Source: Spirulina sp.
GTDB lineage: Bacteria; Cyanobacteriota; Cyanobacteriia; Phormidesmidales; Phormidesmidaceae
DNA length: 64,000 nucleotides
Direction of reading: 5' to 3'
Assembly: GCA_044070495.1 (NCBI GenBank)
Contig: JBIPSI010000015.1
Coordinates: 64,001 to 128,000 of the forward strand
Below, one piece after another: positions 60,093 to 64,000 of this stretch (position 1 is its first letter; each line of letters begins with the position of its first letter). The translations under genes were made by a program, and so were the position numbers. The notes under the pieces were generated by a model, which saw only the letters and a list, made by a program, of their open reading frames with translations, did no database searches and was not told the DNA's origin.

Positions 60093-61127
60093 TTGGGATT
60101 GCTGCTTGCGTTCATCATCGTGTCCTCAGATTGTCAGTTAGCTGCGGTGAACACCCCCGAATCTGGCCCTTACCTTACCCTGAAAACTCAGTCTAGCCCT
60201 CGGTATCTGTCCTTGGCTGGGCTGGCCTGTTGGACAGTGGGACGTAGCGACGACAACAACCTGGTTTTGCCGGATCGCTGGATTTCTCGCAACCATGCCA
60301 TGCTTCAGGGCATGGAGGATGGCTCCTTTTATCTGATTGATTTAGGCAGCCGCAATGGCACCTTCATCAATGGGCAACGGGTGACGGTACCCGTGACGCT
60401 AAAGGATGGCGACTCAATTATCTTTGGCCAAACGGAGCTGACCTTTTCCCATCCCAAGGCCAAGTCCCAGTCCATCGAGGCTACGGCTACCGGCACCGAT
60501 TCCACCGCCACCGCCATGCTCCATGTGCGGCGGTTAATTTCAGTCATGGTGGTGGATATCCGCGACTTCACCGTTCTAGCCCGCCAAATGGATGAAAAAA
60601 TCCTCTCGGAGGCCATTGGCACCTGGTTTCGACGGGCGGGAGAAATTATCACCCAGTACGGCAGTGGGGTGGATAAATACATTGGCGATGCCGTCATGGC
60701 CGTGTGGGTGCATGGTTCGGGCGGGGCTAACAACGACGAAATGCTGCACATTCTCCAGGCCGTCAGCACCCTGGCGACCATGACCAGTCGCCTCCATGAG
60801 CAGTTTCCCCTCCCCTTTCCCCTGCGCATCGGGGCCGGGCTGAATACGGGCTATGCCATGGTGGGCAACACCGGATCGGCTAATCGCCCCGACTACACGG
60901 CCCTAGGCGACACCGTCAATGCCGCCTTTCGCCTAGAGTCTGCCACGAAGGCCCTAGGGATAGACCTAGCCATGGGCGAAACCACCTACGACTACCTCCA
61001 GCTCCTCGGAGCCAGCGAACCCTACTTCCAGCGCCATACGGTCTTACTGAAGGGCTACGACAGCCCCATTACGGCCTACGGCGGCACCTTTACCCACCTC
61101 AATCAATTTCTAGTGCGCCAGGAATAA
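60093..61127 (+). CDS. FHA-domain class III adenylate cyclase
   Basis: FHA (GR, SRNHA, DLGSRNGT) plus DIRDFT, KYIGDAVM, DYTALGDTVN.AFRLE; start uncertain. Confidence 0.92.
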   Translation: MGLLLAFIIVSSDCQLAAVNTPESGPYLTLKTQSSPRYLSLAGLACWTVGRSDDNNLVLPDRWISRNHAMLQGMEDGSFYLIDLGSRNGTFINGQRVTVPVTLKDGDSIIFGQTELTFSHPKAKSQSIEATATGTDSTATAMLHVRRLISVMVVDIRDFTVLARQMDEKILSEAIGTWFRRAGEIITQYGSGVDKYIGDAVMAVWVHGSGGANNDEMLHILQAVSTLATMTSRLHEQFPLPFPLRIGAGLNTGYAMVGNTGSANRPDYTALGDTVNAAFRLESATKALGIDLAMGETTYDYLQLLGASEPYFQRHTVLLKGYDSPITAYGGTFTHLNQFLVRQE

Positions 61128-61234
61128 CGAGCGAGGGTTGGGCGTAGCAGAAAGCCGGGGATGGGCTAGGCTACTGTCTATAGTCATTGCCCTAGGGAAC
61201 ACCCTGAGGCCCCTAACCTAGGATCCGTAATACC

Positions 61235-62281
61235 GTGGTCGATAGCCTTTCCCCCTCAGAGCGTCGCCTGTTTCGTGTGGGCACCTTTAACCTCTCAAAC
61301 CTGGCCTTGCCGGAGCGCGACTTTTACCCCGGCGAGTCCTACAGCCGCGACGACTACCTGAAAAAGCTCACCTGGATCGGTCGTCAGCTCGACCGCATGA
61401 AGGTGGATATTGTGGGCTTTCAGGAGGTGTTTCACCAGGGAGCCCTCAAGGAAGCCCTGCACCGCAGTGAGTATCACCGTCAGCACACCATTGTCATGGC
61501 CGAGGGGGCAGGGCGTGGCCCTGGGTTGGCCCTGGCCACTCGGTTCCCGGTGCTAGATCAGCGGGTCTATGAGGACTTCCCCCCCGGCAGCGCCCTAGAA
61601 CTCGATGGATCCGAACTGCCCATTAGCCAATTTTCCCATCCGGTGCTGGCGGTGGATTTGGCCCTCACCGAAGCGATTCAATGTACGGTCTTTGTGATTC
61701 ACCTCAAATCTAAGCGTCCCACCCTGGCCGATGGCGTAGACCGGGGGGATCCGGTGGAGGTGGCCAAGGGCTATGCTCGGTCGCTGATTCGGCGGGCAGC
61801 GGAGGCCACGGCCCTGCGCTGCATTCTCATGGAAGTGCTGCAAGATCGGCGCTATCCGGTGATTGTGATGGGGGATGTGAACGACAACCACACGGCGGTA
61901 ACCACCCAAATTGTGGCCGGGCAGCCCCCCTGGGAATGCTGGCCCTACCGCAAAAAGGCCCCGGTGTGGGATGTACTGCTCTACCAGGTGAAGGATATCC
62001 AGGCCCGCCTGGGCTACGGTGACCACTACTACACCCACATCCACAACGGCCACTACGACAGCCTCGATCACATCATGGTGAGCGAAGAATTTGCCGCCCA
62101 AAACCGAGATCGCATTGGCCGCGTCACCTATGTCTCGGTCTATAACGACCACCTTTTCGACCAAACCCTCCTCGACGAAACCATCGAGCCGTGGAAATCC
62201 GACCATGGCCAAGTGGTCGCCACCATCGAGCTGGATCCACCCCCTTCGCCGCTGCCCAATGTTCCCGTGCGGCGGGGGTAG
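61235..62281 (+). CDS. Endonuclease/exonuclease/phosphatase family protein
   Basis: TFNL.NL, FQEV, HLKS, GDVN, LDHI, SDHG. Confidence 0.9.
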   Translation: MVDSLSPSERRLFRVGTFNLSNLALPERDFYPGESYSRDDYLKKLTWIGRQLDRMKVDIVGFQEVFHQGALKEALHRSEYHRQHTIVMAEGAGRGPGLALATRFPVLDQRVYEDFPPGSALELDGSELPISQFSHPVLAVDLALTEAIQCTVFVIHLKSKRPTLADGVDRGDPVEVAKGYARSLIRRAAEATALRCILMEVLQDRRYPVIVMGDVNDNHTAVTTQIVAGQPPWECWPYRKKAPVWDVLLYQVKDIQARLGYGDHYYTHIHNGHYDSLDHIMVSEEFAAQNRDRIGRVTYVSVYNDHLFDQTLLDETIEPWKSDHGQVVATIELDPPPSPLPNVPVRRG

Positions 62282-62287
62282 TTACCG

Positions 62288-63949
62288 TTAATGGGTCCAG
62301 CGGGCACGGTCAGGGCGGGCATCGATATGCACCAGGTGCGGATAGCGGTGATAACGCCCCAACCCTCCGGGCCACCAGGGATCGAGGAACCAGTAAACCT
62401 GGCTACCCGTGAGACCGGCGCAGTAAACATCGATGGCGTCACCGATGCCATGGCGACTATGGAAGGGGCGGCCCTGCGGAGGACTAACCTCGAACGGGTG
62501 ATACCAACGGGTAACCATGAAGGGACGACCTAGGCGGTCACGGGCCTGCTGGGCCAACTGGGCAATGCGGATCATGGCATCTACGGTAGCCTGGTTCGGG
62601 GGCATATGCACCCCGCCACGGGTCGCCTCGGCCCAGGTGAAATGACCATTGGACACAATGCTGGCTGCTAGTTGAATATTCTGGGGTGTCCAGTGCGGAG
62701 GCCGAGGCGGGGCCAAGGTCGGCAGAGGCATCGGCATTGCGTCGGGGGAGGTGGGGGCGGCCCGTTCCATCCGTCGCACATCCTCCAGCAAGGCTTGCAC
62801 GGTGGCGGTGCGGTTCTCCAGCCCGCGCCAAAGCTGCACCAGACCAATTAGGGTTTCCCGCTGGGCCTCCGTTTCGTCGTAGGTAGTGGGCAGGGTTTGG
62901 ACAAAATCCACCAAGGCTCGATCTAGGGTTTGGGCGGTGGCCATCAGGGCATCGGGATGATCGGCCTGGGCCACCAGATCATCGGGGTTCACCCCCAGTC
63001 GTTGCAGGGCCACATTGCGAGACTCTAGGCCGTACCATTGCCGATAACCCTCGGTGAGGGCAAGGCGTTGATTCCCCTGCCCCCGATAGCGAGGGGGGAT
63101 GGTCTGTACGACCGCCATCAGAGCCGCATCAAGCACGGGCAGATTGATGGCGTGGGCAAAGGGATCGCGGGCCAGCAACATCCCAATAGCGGCCTCGCGG
63201 GAGTCGCACCTATGCCAAAGCTGCACGAGGCGAAGCAGGGCCTCGCGCTGGTGAGGATAGCCCCCATAGTCGCGCAGGGCCACCAGGGTAAACGCCAGCA
63301 GGGCTTGATCTAGGGCGGTTTCGTCCGGCACCTGATCTACCACGGGCACCTGCATCATCCCGTAAACATCATGGACGTCATCCCCCTGCCGCCAGATCCG
63401 CGCTGCCTCCACGAGGGCCTGCCGCTGTGTTTCTAGCCGACTATAGTTGGGGGGCACCCGCTCCACAAAGGCGAGCAGGGTAGGGTCTAGCTGGGCCATC
63501 TTCTGGGGCATGGGGGCACCGCCATAGTCCGCCGCCCAGTCCTCTAAATACGCCTGACGCAGGGCAGCCTCATCACAGGACTCAAGCTGAGCCGCATCCT
63601 GTTCGTGGGCAGAGGGGGTATAACCCTGGGCCACCTGCCCTAGGAAGCGGTCGGCGTAGCGTCCGGCGGCAGCATCCCAGAGATCGGTGCTCGGCCAACC
63701 CTGATCAATCAATCGCAGAGTGAGGCGACGCAAGGTATTGGCGGCAAAGCGCACCTGCCCCATAAAGGTGTCCACCTGGGCCAGATCAATCTGATGAATC
63801 GGCACAAGGCCCAACCCCGTTTCCCCATCCGTCAGGGGGGACGGCCTCTGCACCCTGTGGAGAGCCGCCAATAAAGGCTTGTGAATCCCCGTGCGGCCCG
63901 CCTCAATGAGATAGTAGTGATTGCGCTGATCCGGTGCTAGCTTGTCCAT
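62288..63949 (-). CDS. Peptidase M15A (D-Ala-D-Ala carboxypeptidase-like) protein with repetitive N-terminal region
   Basis: C-terminal SRH..GDAID and HIDAR Zn motifs; internal LD.AL..FV repeats. Confidence 0.82.
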   Translation of the reverse strand: MDKLAPDQRNHYYLIEAGRTGIHKPLLAALHRVQRPSPLTDGETGLGLVPIHQIDLAQVDTFMGQVRFAANTLRRLTLRLIDQGWPSTDLWDAAAGRYADRFLGQVAQGYTPSAHEQDAAQLESCDEAALRQAYLEDWAADYGGAPMPQKMAQLDPTLLAFVERVPPNYSRLETQRQALVEAARIWRQGDDVHDVYGMMQVPVVDQVPDETALDQALLAFTLVALRDYGGYPHQREALLRLVQLWHRCDSREAAIGMLLARDPFAHAINLPVLDAALMAVVQTIPPRYRGQGNQRLALTEGYRQWYGLESRNVALQRLGVNPDDLVAQADHPDALMATAQTLDRALVDFVQTLPTTYDETEAQRETLIGLVQLWRGLENRTATVQALLEDVRRMERAAPTSPDAMPMPLPTLAPPRPPHWTPQNIQLAASIVSNGHFTWAEATRGGVHMPPNQATVDAMIRIAQLAQQARDRLGRPFMVTRWYHPFEVSPPQGRPFHSRHGIGDAIDVYCAGLTGSQVYWFLDPWWPGGLGRYHRYPHLVHIDARPDRARWTH

Positions 63950-64000
63950 AGCCCTGTTTCTGCCTCCCCAAACCTTGTCAAACAGCCGTCTGGGCTGTCT

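Overview
Chromosomal DNA from a moderately GC-rich cyanobacterium, probably filamentous and Leptolyngbya/Nodosilinea-like (inferred from gene content and intergenic repeat families). The housekeeping backbone includes smc, tRNA-Ser(CGA), ftsE, hemL, tRNA-Cys(GCA), clpB, rpsB-tsf, xth, alpha-amylase, a Gld-type ABC transporter and an FHA-adenylate cyclase. Accessory content: (1) an internally deleted IS630; (2) a ~13 kb organosulfur-type cluster (7.2-20.3 kb) with an AsfA/AprA-like flavoprotein, ferredoxin, HEAT protein, Mrp/ApbC, TauE, YeiH, an ABC importer and a LysR regulator fused to a paralogue of the importer's binding protein; (3) a chromosomal ParM/ParR-like pair; (4) eight toxin-antitoxin-type gene pairs. 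The most striking structure is at 44.8-51.8 kb. An LRR-Roc-COR gene is preceded by four unrelated TA cassettes. Each cassette sits behind a truncated copy of the LRR-Roc-COR gene's own 5' end, and three share a promoter-like leader, giving an integron-like array with no integrase in the window. The LRR-Roc-COR C-terminus also shares a 17-aa QHGxGDNxAGDxVxGDK motif, diverged mostly at synonymous sites, with the N-terminus of a small downstream protein, which suggests homotypic (possibly amyloid-type) receptor-effector signalling. All family assignments come from motif recognition by eye; no searches were run.
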